From the NCBI RefSeq assembly GCF_001194135.2, contig NC_069002.1, forward strand, positions 18,606,994-18,670,993: 64,000 nucleotides of DNA, given 5' to 3'. Of this stretch, positions 1 to 12,591 are shown piece after piece. Under the pieces are notes generated by a model that ran no database searches, was not told the DNA's origin, and was given only the letters and a program-made list of their open reading frames with translations. This stretch comes from Octopus bimaculoides. Taxonomy: Eukaryota. Made by a program: the position numbers and the translations under genes. Positions within the stretch are counted from its first letter, which is position 1; each line of letters begins with the position of its first letter.

Positions 1-397
1 TGTCCGACGCAACTTAGTGTTCCTACACCTCACAAAAAATCGATGTATTGACTGTAGAAACAAATATACCGAGATTTCATCCACAGAGAACAAAACATTT
101 CTGCTAAGAGAATACAAATATTTACCCACGCGGATGATGACAATAGACATATTAACAGAGGACATTAATGGACGAAGTTGCGGAATGAAATACTAAAAAC
201 TGAAAGTTCTCTCTTGTAATGTTGGGAAAAAGATAAGTGATAATACTAATAATATCAGTGATAGTATATTTATCTACTAGTATATATCTATAGGAATATT
301 AATATTCTCGATGAGAGTAACATTCATAAAAATAAGGAGTTGATGATAAATGCCAACAGACAGTTTATTATTAGTTAGAACAAAGTAAAATAGCTTT

Positions 398-450
398 TAG
401 TAGTAGTAGTTGCAGCAGCAGCAGCAGCAGCAGTAGTGGTAGTAGTAGTA
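398..450. repeat. (TAG)n/(CAG)n compound microsatellite
   Basis: Directly visible tagtagtag...gcagcagcag...agtagta run. Confidence 0.9.
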
Positions 451-3024
451 ATATCGAGAGATTATTTTAGGAAAACCGTTTTTCAGTTGCGACACAAGGG
501 AAAGGAATGGCTTAAACAACGTACAAATGGGAATTCGACATCACTCCATATCAATTCTCACTGATAAAAACAAGACTTCTTTTAACTATGTTTGTATTCA
601 CTCAGCATTAGAAATTTGAGGCTAAATAAAGAATATATTCTTACACTAGATAGTAGTTATTTCCAGAGAATAAAAGACTGGTCGGCTAAATTAAACATTT
701 TAATCACTTAACGTAGTGAAGTAAGATAAACCAGATGCTAGTTGATAATGTTTCGAGTAAAATATATGTTCTGTATGATAAGTAAAAGCAATGTAAACAA
801 ATAGCAAATCGTACGGCAAACACAGGAATATCCACCCTAAATGATGAATTAAAATAGTATTAGAGAAAGGCTTTCTTTGAAAACCAGGCCTTTGGAAATT
901 ATCTTTGAAAATTCTATAGAACGACATACGTAAATAGAATAAAAGTAAATAAGAAGCAAACGAAAGAAAAATTACATTTAGTTACAAAATTGTTGCTTTT
1001 AAAATGTTTCCATGTAGAACAAAACTAATTGTAGATTAAAAGATTAAAAGGTTAAAAGATTATGTGACAACAGTAGAAATTGAGAAGTCGTTTTCTTTCC
1101 AAGCAATACTATTATTGTAAATTATTCCTAAAATTGGCAGGAAACAAAATGTTTGGCGGTTGTTATTTGATATACTTCACATCCAGATAATGTAAGCGTT
1201 TGGATCAGATGTTTCTATATAATTGTCATGGTGCGAACACAGTGATCCCAAGGAAAGACTAATACAAGAACCAACTAATTATCACTGCAACATTTAACGA
1301 CCGAGTATTTAGAAACTGCTCTTTAAACTGTTCTCCAACAGAGAATGTTTTAATATAAATGCATGTGTAAAGCTAAGTGTGCACAACCAAGTTGTATGGA
1401 ACAAAACATGCAACACCTTGGATGGTACAGAATGGTATGAAAGCATAGAAAGACAACTTCTTTAATTCGATCTATGGCTAACTCATCAAAATGATCTCTT
1501 CTTGCCTATATTATATACCAACTAGTTCAATTTCCATTGTTGTACCAGTTATTATGTAAGAACATCAGCTATTTACTGGGTATACAGTTCTTAAACATAC
1601 CTTTTCTCTAAACAATGCTTCATAAATGCATTTTATAAACAATATAGTGTCTTCCACATGTTGCATATCTCGATGTAAAAACATACTAAATTATAAAACA
1701 TATTCGTTATGAATAAAACATATATCATCATGGAGAAATCATTTTTAAACCTCAAAAAAAAAAAAAAATTTCTTGACATTCATTTTAATTCGTTAAAACT
1801 CTGTTAATTGGTGTCGTTTCTGATCTCTCCCGTAATTACTTTCCGTTTACTCTTGTTAAGTGGCTAATACACATCTCTCAAGACAAAGTCCTGCGTTTTA
1901 ACGCACAGTCTCAGATTAAACCACTTCCGCTGCGAAATAAAATATACTCCTTGAGGTTTGTTTGTTGGAAAACTGATTTGGGTTTTAGCTTTCATGGACT
2001 AAACCTGTGCATACACATATATACATACGCGTGCGTGTGTGTGTGTGTGTGTGCACATATCATTGTTCTTAATTTCGGTGCGTTTTAATGCCTTGTGCCA
2101 TGTTTATTTTATTGCAGAAATGAGATCTCTGAAAAATAGGTTAGATGATTAAAACTGAGTTGAGTAATTAAGATATTTGCATGTCATTATTTCAGCATCT
2201 CTATTTGTTGTTTCGCTATTAAAAATAGATGGAAAGGAAAGAATAGAAAAAAGAAAAGACAAGAATAAAGAAAGAAAATGCGTAAGAGTGGCGTTCTGAT
2301 TATGGAAACACTAAATTTTTATGGATTAATATGGATTTGTTTAGACTAAAATCATGTAATTATCGTTGGGAGCCTCTAATTACAGCAGTTTATTCTTAGT
2401 ACTGGACTTTTGAATCGATTTGAGAAATTAGAAGGTTGCTATCTTGCTTAAAATCTCTTTAATTCGAATCTGGTGTCAATGATGGCAAGAAATTTCCCTC
2501 ACTGAAATACAAGCGTGTGTTTCTAACAAAAGTAACACCTGATTTTAACTCTGTATGGAGTTGATGATGGAACGGTTAGAGGAAGTTGATACAAACTAAA
2601 ATATAACTATCAGTGGAACACTCATAAGAAACAGAAAAACTCGAAATCATTTGTATAAGAAAATAATACAAAAGTAGGCAAAATAAAGAAATATATTCCT
2701 GTATAGAGATTTTGAGAGAACTCACAGCTGGAGAGAGTAAATAAGATTTGAATTACAACTGAACTTTCAAAACCAACAAATGTCAGTATTTTTGAATGTA
2801 CATTGTTATTAGTGTAATTTTTTAACCAAAAATACTTTTGGCACAATATTTAGAAGTTCTTTTTTATTGAACTGATGTTTCAGTATCTATTTTTGAATTC
2901 CGCACGTGCGACAAAGAGATATCGCGAAGTTACAACACATCGACGACACCTTTGTCTGTTTCAAGCATTGCCAGTTTAAAAACAAGCATATTGCGACTAA
3001 TGTACAGAAACACACACTTGCATA

Positions 3025-3030
3025 TATGTG

Positions 3031-3061
<31 letters not shown>

Positions 3062-3145
3062 GTATGTATGCATGTATGTATGTATGTATGTATGTATGTA
3101 TGTATGTATGTATTTGTCTGTCTGTCTGTCTGTCTGTCTATGTAT
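3025..3145. repeat. (TACA)n/(TATG)n/(TCTG)n compound microsatellite
   Basis: Directly visible; source of the YIHT/MYVC ORFs. Confidence 0.95.
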
Positions 3146-3184
3146 GCGTATGTATATAAACATATACGTAAACATACATATATA

Positions 3185-3495
3185 TAAAATTTAAATAATA
3201 AGGGTGATAAATTGGATATTAATTTGATTAACACCAATTTAAAACCAATGACCTAGCATAAAGAAAAATTCTGAAAATTCAGAAAAATCATATTACATAC
3301 ATGTGAGAAGGGATGACCACTAAGCCTTTATGCTAGAAGATCGACCATCTACGGTCAAACCACAAAAGAAAAGAATGTTCTCTAGGAAAGAATGTTCTAG
3401 TCTACGATTAATTCTTTATTTTTGTATATTTACATTTATCTTGCCCGTTCATGTTCTGGAGTGCGCTGAATTTCCCTAGAAAATATTCTTTTCTT
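3185..3495. repeat. Partial fold-back copy of the ~531-bp HHR-bearing repeat unit
   Basis: 3185-3388 matches 38820-39020 (agggtgataaatt...gggatgaccactaag...cacaaaagaaaagaa); 3400-3495 matches 39792-39893 (gtctacgattaattc...cttgccc...gctgaattt). Confidence 0.8.
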
Positions 3496-3499
3496 TAAC

Positions 3500-3790
3500 G
3501 CCTGTCGATGCTCGTCGTTGCCATACAATCCATCTGAGCAGATTGCCATATTCGCGGCTGCAACCAGTTTCTAACCGTGTTCCGAATTTGCCAGCTTACT
3601 GTTTCTCTGGAGTTTTTGCTGGTTGGGGTTTTTCTGCAAGGCAGAGTGATCCTGAAATTGATGTGACTCACCATGAGGTAGTGGTCAACTGATCATTCTG
3701 CTCCACCCATAACCTTCGTGCACAAGATATCCTGCAGCCCAGTCGTCCGAGTAATGATAAAACCCAGCAGCTGATAGTGGCCAGAACAAA
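3500..3790 (-). mobile_element. RTE-clade LINE fragment, C-terminal part of the APE endonuclease
   Basis: Minus-strand translation HYQLLGFIITRTTGLQDILCTKVMGGAE*SVDHYLMVSHINFRI resembles the RTE/BovB EN motif HWHLLDYII..R..QDV..TK.M.GADCWTDH.L. Confidence 0.7.
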
Positions 3791-4911
3791 TAAAATTTTC
3801 ACATACTCATTTTAATAAAATTTTGGTTGAAGATTTCTAAGCTTTTGATTTTCTGGAAACTGGTATATAATACTAATACAATTCTTTGTTTTTCTTTTCT
3901 GCTTTTAGTTTTCAAATTTTAGTCGAACACAGGGATACACTACAGAATTTTACACTTTCTTTTCTGAGCTTCATAGCATTCGATTTAAGGACATATTATA
4001 TCGTGTCAGAGGATCCCGCGGTCGGTATAATAATAGCCAGAGACACTTATGAACATAGTGTTTTCTGCATGTATAGATGACATGCAAACAACTAATGTTG
4101 AGAACTAAAGTACACAAAATGTTAGGTGGTTGGTTAGAATTCGTATTTACATAACATAGTTTCTCATTAGGGTTATGATCCGATTAAACAGATTAAAAGC
4201 CACAGTGATGCTGCAAATAACTAAATACAAAATGTTAATAATGCGTAATTCTTTTTCTCTATATCAGTTTTATTAGACTGCGTAGATTTTTCATAGGAAC
4301 TTAACAATGTTAAAATAAATACATTCGTTGTTAGGTATTTTCTATATATACCGCGATTCATTCCACTCATAGTACTCGTCCATAATCTCAATAAATAACT
4401 CTTCTAACAGAAGGAAATATTTTTCTGCAGTTTAGAATATTAATTTCAACAGTGTGAGCATAGGGAGGCGTCAAACTATTCACCTTTTAAGAAGTTTCTC
4501 GCATGGCATTTGAAAATGCTAAAAGTTTGAGTTAAATACATTTGCAGATAGGAGCCAAGAGGTCAGTGATGTCAAACTGAAAAAGAAAGTTTATTATTGG
4601 CAAAACAAGTCTTTTACAATACTTCTGAATTTCAACTCCATCACTCGGGGTAAGATTTTTAAATATAAGAACAATAGCCATTAATACTTCGTTACAATCT
4701 GTTCCTAAATTACTTTTCGCTTGAAAATTGGTCTATATTCAGGATTCCTTGTGAAGTTTAGTATCTGGTCCTTGAGCATTATATAAGGCCCACGAAGTTG
4801 CCGAAGATATTCAGCTGCTTATTAATATTGTGCTTAGTGGCAAGTTCCTTAGCTTCTACATTATTATTGAAACATAATCGTGTGCGTGCATGTATACACA
4901 CAATATATATA

Positions 4912-6198
4912 TTACGTCATTAAGAATGAAATGCCTGATTTTCTTATGTAGTCGTTTGACAGGTGTTAACTCCAATGTTTTATCATGACGATTCTTTGTT
5001 TAACAACATTGAAGAGTTACATCATCACTTTTCAAAATGCAATTCATGGTGTCTAATTATATTGTGAATTTTATCTTGTAAATCAATTTTTGTTAACAAT
5101 GGATAAATAAAAAAATTCACGTTGTTTATGAATATAAGTTCCGTTGTGGAATCAATGCATCCCAGACAGCTCGAAACATCAATGAGATGTTTGGTGAAGA
5201 TGTGGCGAATGAGCGCACTGTACGTCGATGGTTTGAGAAGTTCCGGTCTGGTGACTGTACTCTTGAAAATCAGCCCTGTGGTGGACCTGAGACCAAAGTG
5301 GATAATAGTGAGCTGGAAACTGTAATGGAAGCGGATACTTCTCAAACTACGTGTAAGTTAGCAGCAAGGTTTGATGCTTTGTTTCCAACTGTATTGGACC
5401 ATCTGAAACAAATTGGCAAGGTAACGAAACCGGACAAGTGGGTGCCATACAAACTGAACGAGCACCAAATCACACGGTGTCTTTAAACTTGCTGATCTTT
5501 TCTGTTACGGCATAAAAGCGAACCATTTTTGCATCGTGTTCTTACGTGAGATTAAAAATGGATTCTTTTCAACAGTAGCAAGCGTTCTGCACAATGGTTG
5601 GATAGAGACGAAATTCCAAAACACAATCCAGAAAAAGAATACATTTACCAACAAAAGCTAATATGTGTCTGTTTAGTAGTCCAACATTGGTGTCATCCAG
5701 TAAAGCTTCATGAGACCTGGTAAGTCAATTACAGCGGATGTATACATCAACCAGCTGGATGAAATAATGAGTGAACTTGCAATTAAACAACCGCAATTGG
5801 TCAATAGATGCAGGCCAATTCTCTTGCAAGACAATGCTCGACCACATGTTGCACAAAGAACGCTGCTCAAGTTTACAGGAACCGTATTTAGAAGTACTCT
5901 GTCATCCACCATATTCACCAGACCTTGCACCAACTGACTATCACATTTTCCAGGCATTAGACAACTTTTGGCAAGGAAATAACTTCAAATCTGAAGAAGA
6001 TGCAAAAACAGCCTTTCCTGATTTCATCACCTCTTGCTCTCCAGAATTCTTTGCTGCCAGCATAAATAAGCTACTGATAAAATGGTAAAATTGTGTTGAT
6101 AATTTATGTGCATACTTTGATTAGCTGCATTGCTTTTTGTTGAGATAAAGTAGTTAACTTTCAGTTCAAAATCGGATATTTCATTCTTAGTGACCTGA
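4912..6198 (+). mobile_element. Full-length (~1.29 kb) mariner transposon, inactive
   Basis: Imperfect ~30-bp TIRs (ttacgtcattaagaatgaaatgcctgatttt / aaaatcggatatttcattcttagtgacctga), TA on both sides, transposase inside. Confidence 0.92.
5099..6124 (+). pseudogene. Mariner DD34D transposase with stops and frameshifts
   Basis: HTH (FGEDVANERTVRRWFEKFRSG), WVPYKL, LQDNARPH, HPPYSPDLAPTDYH; 34 residues between D2 and D3 after correcting one frameshift. Confidence 0.93.
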
Positions 6199-6642
6199 TA
6201 NNNNNNNNNNNNNNNNNNNNNNNNNNNNNNNNNNNNNNNNNNNNNNNNNNNNNNNNNNNNNNNNNNNNNNNNNNNNNNNNNNNNNNNNNNNNNNNNNNNN
6301 NNNNNNNNNNNNNNNNNNNNNNNNNNNNNNNNNNNNNNNNNNNNNNNNNNNNNNNNNNNNNNNNNNNNNNNNNNNNNNNNNNNNNNNNNNNNNNNNNNNN
6401 NNNNNNNNNNNNNNNNNNNNNNNNNNNNNNNNNNNNNNNNNNNNNNNNNNNNNNNNNNNNNNNNNNNNNNNNNNNNNNNNNNNNNNNNNNNNNNNNNNNN
6501 NNNNNNNNNNNNNNNNNNNNNNNNNNNNNNNNNNNNNNNNNNNNNNNNNNNNNNNNNNNNNNNNNNNNNNNNNNNNNNNNNNNNNNNNNNNNNNNNNNNN
6601 NNNNNNNNNNNNNNNNNNNNNNNNNNNNNNNNNNNNNNNNNN

Positions 6643-6677
<35 letters not shown>

Positions 6678-8843
6678 ATATATATATATATATATATATC
6701 GATTTAAACGAGGAGAAAAAGAGAAAGAAAAATAGAGAAAAGTGAGGATTGAGGTGATCCAGGGATAAAATCTGATTGTCCAAATATTCTAAAAATACAA
6801 GGGATGCAGGTGGAGGTTCCATGCTGTCTTTTCTCACATCCGATAAGTAAATTCCATGGAAAAGGGTGACCACAGCCTGTCGTCTCATAGAAAGAATTGT
6901 CGTCTCTTTAGAAATTGGCAAGATAAGAACAAAGCAGCGATGCAATGGGGCGGTATTTATTGATTGTGCTCTACTCATGTGCTGCTATTCTATGTGTTTT
7001 GTGTGTTTGTGATTGTTGAAATTAGAGACGATGACAAAATACCCAAAGAACATTCAAGAAGAGATTTCCAGTGACATTTGTTGAAGTTAGAGAATTAAAA
7101 AAAAACGAAGAATTATTTTCAGATACAAAAAATGTGTTTTGCTCGTAAACAAATTTCTATTACATTCATCATTGGGTTATGTTTTGTTCTTGTGACATGT
7201 CGAATATACTTATGTGTTATTCTGTGTAACATTTACACATACACATTTACATATACACTGACGTCAAATATACAGATGCACACCAATACTCACGCACACA
7301 CATTCATGTATTAACAGGATTATATACTCAGACATATGCATACACATCCAGCAACAATCTTACAAGCATAAATTTTATGTTGATGTACCGAAAGAAGATT
7401 CATAAAAGCAAATAACAATAAAATAACTCGATGAGGATATAAAATCTAATAACACATGCACACACACACACGTACACACACACAAATGCGCACGCACAAA
7501 TGGACATAAGAAACACATACACACAAATACATACACATAGATACATATAAATGCATTCATACATGTACTAACATCCGTCTTTCTGTCTTTCAGTCTGTCA
7601 CTCTCTATGTATATATATATGTATATATATACATATATATNNNNNNNNNNNNNNNNNNNNNNNNNNNNNNNNNNNNNNNNNNNNNNNNNNNNNNNNNNNN
7701 NNNNNNNNNNNNNNNNNNNNNNNNNNNNNNNNNNNNNNNNNNNNNNNNNNNNNNNNNNNNNNNNNNNNNNNNNNNNNNNNNNNNNNNNNNNNNNNNNNNN
7801 NNNNNNNNNNNNNNNNNNNNNNNNNNNNNNNNNNNNNNNNNNNNNNNNNNNNNNNNNNNNNNNNNNNNNNNNNNNNNNNNNNNNNNNNNNNNNNNNNNNN
7901 NNNNNNNNNNNNNNNNNNNNNNNNNNNNNNNNNNNNNNNNNNNNNNNNNNNNNNNNNNNNNNNNNNNNNNNNNNNNNNNNNNNNNNNNNNNNNNNNNNNN
8001 NNNNNNNNNNNNNNNNNNNNNNNNNNNNNNNNNNNNNNNNNNNNNNNNNNNNNNNNNNNNNNNNNNNNNNNNNNNNNNNNNNNNNNNNNNNNNNNNNNNN
8101 NNNNNNNNNNNNNNNNNNNNNNNNNNNNNNNNNNNNNNNNNNNNNNNNNNNNNNNNNNNNNNNNNNNNNNNNNNNNNNNNNNNNNNNNNNNNNNNNNNNN
8201 NNNNNNNNNNNNNNNNNNNNNNNNNNNNNNNNNNNNNNNNNNNNNNNNNNNNNNNNNNNNNNNNNNNNNNNNNNNNNNNNNNNNNNNNNNNNNNNNNNNN
8301 NNNNNNNNNNNNNNNNNNNNNNNNNNNNNNNNNNNNNNNNNNNNNNNNNNNNNNNNNNNNNNNNNNNTATATATATATATGTATATATATACATATATAT
8401 ATATTTACATATATATATATGCATGTATATATATATATATATATATATATACTTATATAGCATTTACATATACACACATACATGTATGTATGTGTTATAT
8501 ACATATATATGTGTGCATAATGTGTGAGTGGTTCTACTTATGTTAAGAGATATAGAAAGTAAAAAATTTATCCAGCAGACAACGAAAAGATTTCATAGAA
8601 AATAAAATATAGACTTGGAAATGTCTGACAGTAAAACGTGTAAGAAAGAAAAGTAAATGTCAGTTCCATTGCAGACATATTTTATCTTTATATTTATTTC
8701 GACTTGGCTCAGGTAACTTGCAATGAATCACCAAACTACAAGTCAAACAGGACAATTGTTAATGTTTCAACCCAAAATACATCTTGGAATGAATACATGT
8801 ATATATACATACATACAGACATATATACATATATATGTATATG

Positions 8844-8890
<47 letters not shown>

Positions 8891-9762
8891 NNNNNNNNNN
8901 NNNNNNNNNNNNNNNNNNNNNNNNNNNNNNNNNNNNNNNNNNNNNNNNNNNNNNNNNNNNNNNNNNNNNNNNNNNNNNNNNNNNNNNNNNNNNNNNNNNN
9001 NNNNNNNNNNNNNNNNNNNNNNNNNNNNNNNNNNNNNNNNNNNNNNNNNNNNNNNNNNNNNNNNNNNNNNNNNNNNNNNNNNNNNNNNNNNNNNNNNNNN
9101 NNNNNNNNNNNNNNNNNNNNNNNNNNNNNNNNNNNNNNNNNNNNNNNNNNNNNNNNNNNNNNNNNNNNNNNNNNNNNNNNNNNNNNNNNNNNNNNNNNNN
9201 NNNNNNNNNNNNNNNNNNNNNNNNNNNNNNNNNNNNNNNNNNNNNNNNNNNNNNNNNNNNNNNNNNNNNNNNNNNNNNNNNNNNNNNNNNNNNNNNNNNN
9301 NNNNNNNNNNNNNNNNNNNNNNNNNNNNNNNNNNNNNNNNNNNNNNNNNNNNNNNNNNNNNNNNNNNNNNNNNNNNNNNNNNNNNNNNNNNNNNNNNNNN
9401 NNNNNNNNNNNNNNNNNNNNNNNNNNNNNNNNNNNNNNNNNNNNNNNNNNNNNNNNNNNNNNNNNNNNNNNNNNNNNNNNNNNNNNNNNNNNNNNNNNNN
9501 NNNNNNNNNNNNNNNNNNNNNNNNNNNNNNNNNNNNNNNNNNNNNNNNNNNNNNNNNNNNNNNNNNNNNNNNNNNNNNNNNNNNNNNNNNNNNNNNNNNN
9601 NNNNNNNNNNNNNNNNNNNNNNNNNNNNNNNNNNNNNNNNNNNNNNNNNNNNNNNNNNNNNNNNNNNNNNNNNNNNNNNNNNNNNNNNNNNNNNNNNNNN
9701 NNNNNNNNNNNNNNNNNNNNNNNNNNNNNNNNNNNNNNNNNNNNNNNNNNNNNNNNNNNNNN

Positions 9763-9865
9763 AGGCTTCTAAAGAATAAGTCCTGGGGTCGATTTGCTCG
9801 ACTAAAAGGCGGTGCTCCAGCATGGCCACAGTCAAAGGACTGAAACAAGTAAAAGAGTAAAAGAG
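9763..9865 (+). mobile_element. 3' end of tRNA-derived SINE family A (rest in gap)
   Basis: aaagaataagtcctggggtcgatttgctcgactaaa..gcggtgctccagcatggccacagtc matches the tails at 34430-34510 and 38412-38510. Confidence 0.85.
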
Positions 9866-9898
9866 TATATATACATTTTGATATAGGTATATATAGTG

Positions 9899-9934
<36 letters not shown>

Positions 9935-9948
9935 GTGAGTGTGTGTGA

Positions 9949-9985
<37 letters not shown>

Positions 9986-10366
9986 AGAGAGAGATAGAGA
10001 GAGAGAGAAAGAAAGAGAGAGAGAGACAGAGAGAGAGTGTGTGTGTGTTTGAAGTTGTGTGCAGCTACTGAATATTGACAAAAAGAAGGCAGTCAGAATT
10101 TTGGATAATACTTTATTAACGCTTTTGTTCGTCACCCGAACTCTTCAAGTCAAAACTTTAAAACATTTTGGTTTTAATTTTTGTCTTGAAGAGTTGGGTT
10201 ATATATATGATGATGATGATGTTTGCCAACTCGATTTCCAGTAGAGCCATTGCTTGATTTCTTTATGCCCCAGAATATCGTCGATGAGCTGCACGAATAT
10301 GGCTTTTGAGGCCTGTCAAAGATTAGAATGCTTTTTGACAATTAGTGCAAGAAAACTTGGTGATTG

Positions 10367-11800
10367 TATTTAGAAGTGAAAAAAGTATTCGTACAGAACA
10401 TAAATAACTGATAATTCCGATTTAATACTTCGTAGCATAACCATTATTCAGTTCCACTTCAACCAATCTCTTCTTGTAGTTCTTAATCAATGACTCGCAT
10501 GTTTCTTTAGGAATTATTTCCCATTCTTCTTGACACATTTTCTTCAAATCTGGAATGCATATTGGGGCTCTTGAATGAATTTCAATTTTCTAATAACGCC
10601 ACAAATGTTCAATGGGATTCAAGTCAGGTAACTGGCTTGGCCATTCTAATAATTTTATATTGTGATTGACAATCCATTTTTTTGTAGACTTCGCTGTTTG
10701 CTTAGAGTCGTTATCCTGTTGTAAAACCCACCCTTCACAAAGCTGGAAATTTTTCTACAGAGTCCCATAACTTGTTCAAAATATTTTGGTACATCTGCAT
10801 TCATTCTACTATCTATCACATGTAAATCGTCAGTGCCATTTGCAGAGAAACACCGCTACAGCATGATGTTGCTACCTCCAAACTTTACAGTAGGAATTGT
10901 ATTTTTCAGCAAATAGGCGGTACCATCTTTCCTCTAAGCATGGCTACCCGAATTTCGTCCAAACAATTCAATTTTCGACTCGTCTGTCCATAGAACATTT
11001 TCCCAGAATGTATCAGATCTATCTTTATGTTCATACACAAATTTTAAACGGGCATCTGTATGCCTTTTAGTCAACAGTGAAGTTTTACTTGGAGAGCATG
11101 ACTTCACTTCATTCCTATGAAGTTCATTACTGATTGTTCGTAGTGTAACACTGGTCCCTGAAGCTAACAAATCTTCTTGCAAATCCTTTCTGGTGATCAT
11201 TGCGTTTTTTTTCGATTCTTCGCTTCATTTTTCTTAAAGATCTAGGGGAAATCTTGCGTGGTGCACCGGATCTTATTCTATTTTCAACAGTTCCCGATTT
11301 TTTATATCTTTGAATAAATGAAGATATGGTAGAAAATGGAATACAAAGGGTCTCTGATATTTTCCTGTAATTTTTACCTGCTTTCCACTGTTCAATAATT
11401 AAGTTTTTCACTGAATTTGTGAGTTCTTTACTTTTCGCCATTATTACAACACTACTTTATGTTGTCGCAGTGCTGAATGAAGAAGCTAGCGTTTTGGCAC
11501 TTAAAAATGACCAATGATAAGATTATTGGAACAAAACAAGAAAATTCTAGTAAAAAAAAAATTAAACTATTTTGTGGCATAGAAACTCATAAATTTATTC
11601 TGTATGAATACTTTTTTCACTCCTAAATATTTATAATTGTAAATCAATTCATTAGTTACTATAATTTATTAGTTTCTTTTGCATATTCTTAGTTTATGCA
11701 TGCGTATGCAAATATAGTATTGGTATATCCCATTTATGTTCATTAGAAATTAAATAAATAAATAATTTTGACATGTACGAATATTTGTTCCCCCCCACTA
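10367..11800 (-). mobile_element. Tc1-family transposon (DD34E type, IR/DR-like ends), decayed
   Basis: ORF pieces MAKSKELT...RSGAPRKIS, VLWTDESKIELFG and a frameshifted [12 protein letters not shown]; inverted repeat 10367-10398 vs 11598-11629; outer terminus-like agtggggggaacaaatattcgtac at 11775-11800. Confidence 0.9.
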
Positions 11801-11900
11801 TATATATGTGTGTGTTTATGTGTGTGTGTGTGTGTGTGTGCGTGTGTGCGTGTGTGTGTGTATGTCTGTGCGTACGCGTGTATGTTTGTGTGTGTGTATA

Positions 11901-12120
11901 CACGAGATAGTACTGAATATTCCTCGCTTTGGGCCAAAGAAAATACAGTGAGTTCAGTTAACTATGATTTTATTTAATACATTCCTCTCTGAGATTCACA
12001 GCTTATTGCAGCGGTTCTTCCGTTTTTTCTAAACCCTGTAAAAGAACTCGGAATGTTGGGGCTCCTAACCAGGCCTTTCGTGATAACCTTAGCGCCAGGA
12101 ACTTTTCAGTTCCCCTTCCT
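11901..12120. mobile_element. Mariner-derived MITE/deletion derivative (~220 bp)
   Basis: Degenerate TIRs (cgagatagtactgaatattcctcgct vs revcomp ggaaggggaactgaaaagttcctggcgct), TA flanks, internal remnant like the transposase C-terminus (EFF...RCNK...RG.Y). Confidence 0.55.
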
Positions 12121-12129
12121 ATATATCTT

Positions 12130-12535
12130 AACTTTTTGCAAGAAAGAAAAATTCGGTACAGTCACAATAGTTAATGACATTGTTAGTTGTTCTTAACTGT
12201 TAAAAACAATGTTTTTCGCAAAACAGAATGTTACGAAGCTTTTTCGTATTATGCAGTTCGTGTGTTTAATCTGTGTAGAGGAAATTCGTTTTAGAATTCT
12301 TATAAAGTATATTTCTTGTACCTTTAATAGTTGATCATTTTCTTTTCGAAAATCGAAATATCTAAAACTTTGCACTAATGTCTAGATGTTCTAAGAGATG
12401 AATGATTAATCTGCTGTTTGTGCACACTAACAAGGTTCCTTTGTTTTGTTCCTGTGTCTCCGATGTAATTCTCGTTGCACTAAGTGCATAGGATGCAGTA
12501 GGTGAGACTTTTGACTGAGCAGTTCATGCTCTGCA

Positions 12536-12591
<56 letters not shown>

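Noticed and set aside
600-1700. Hydrophobic stretches reminiscent of GPCR TM6/TM7 (WIFLCLPY; CLYYIP...LNNAS)
   Set aside because: Many stops, on opposite strands, no DRY or NPxxY motif; expected by chance in AT-rich DNA.
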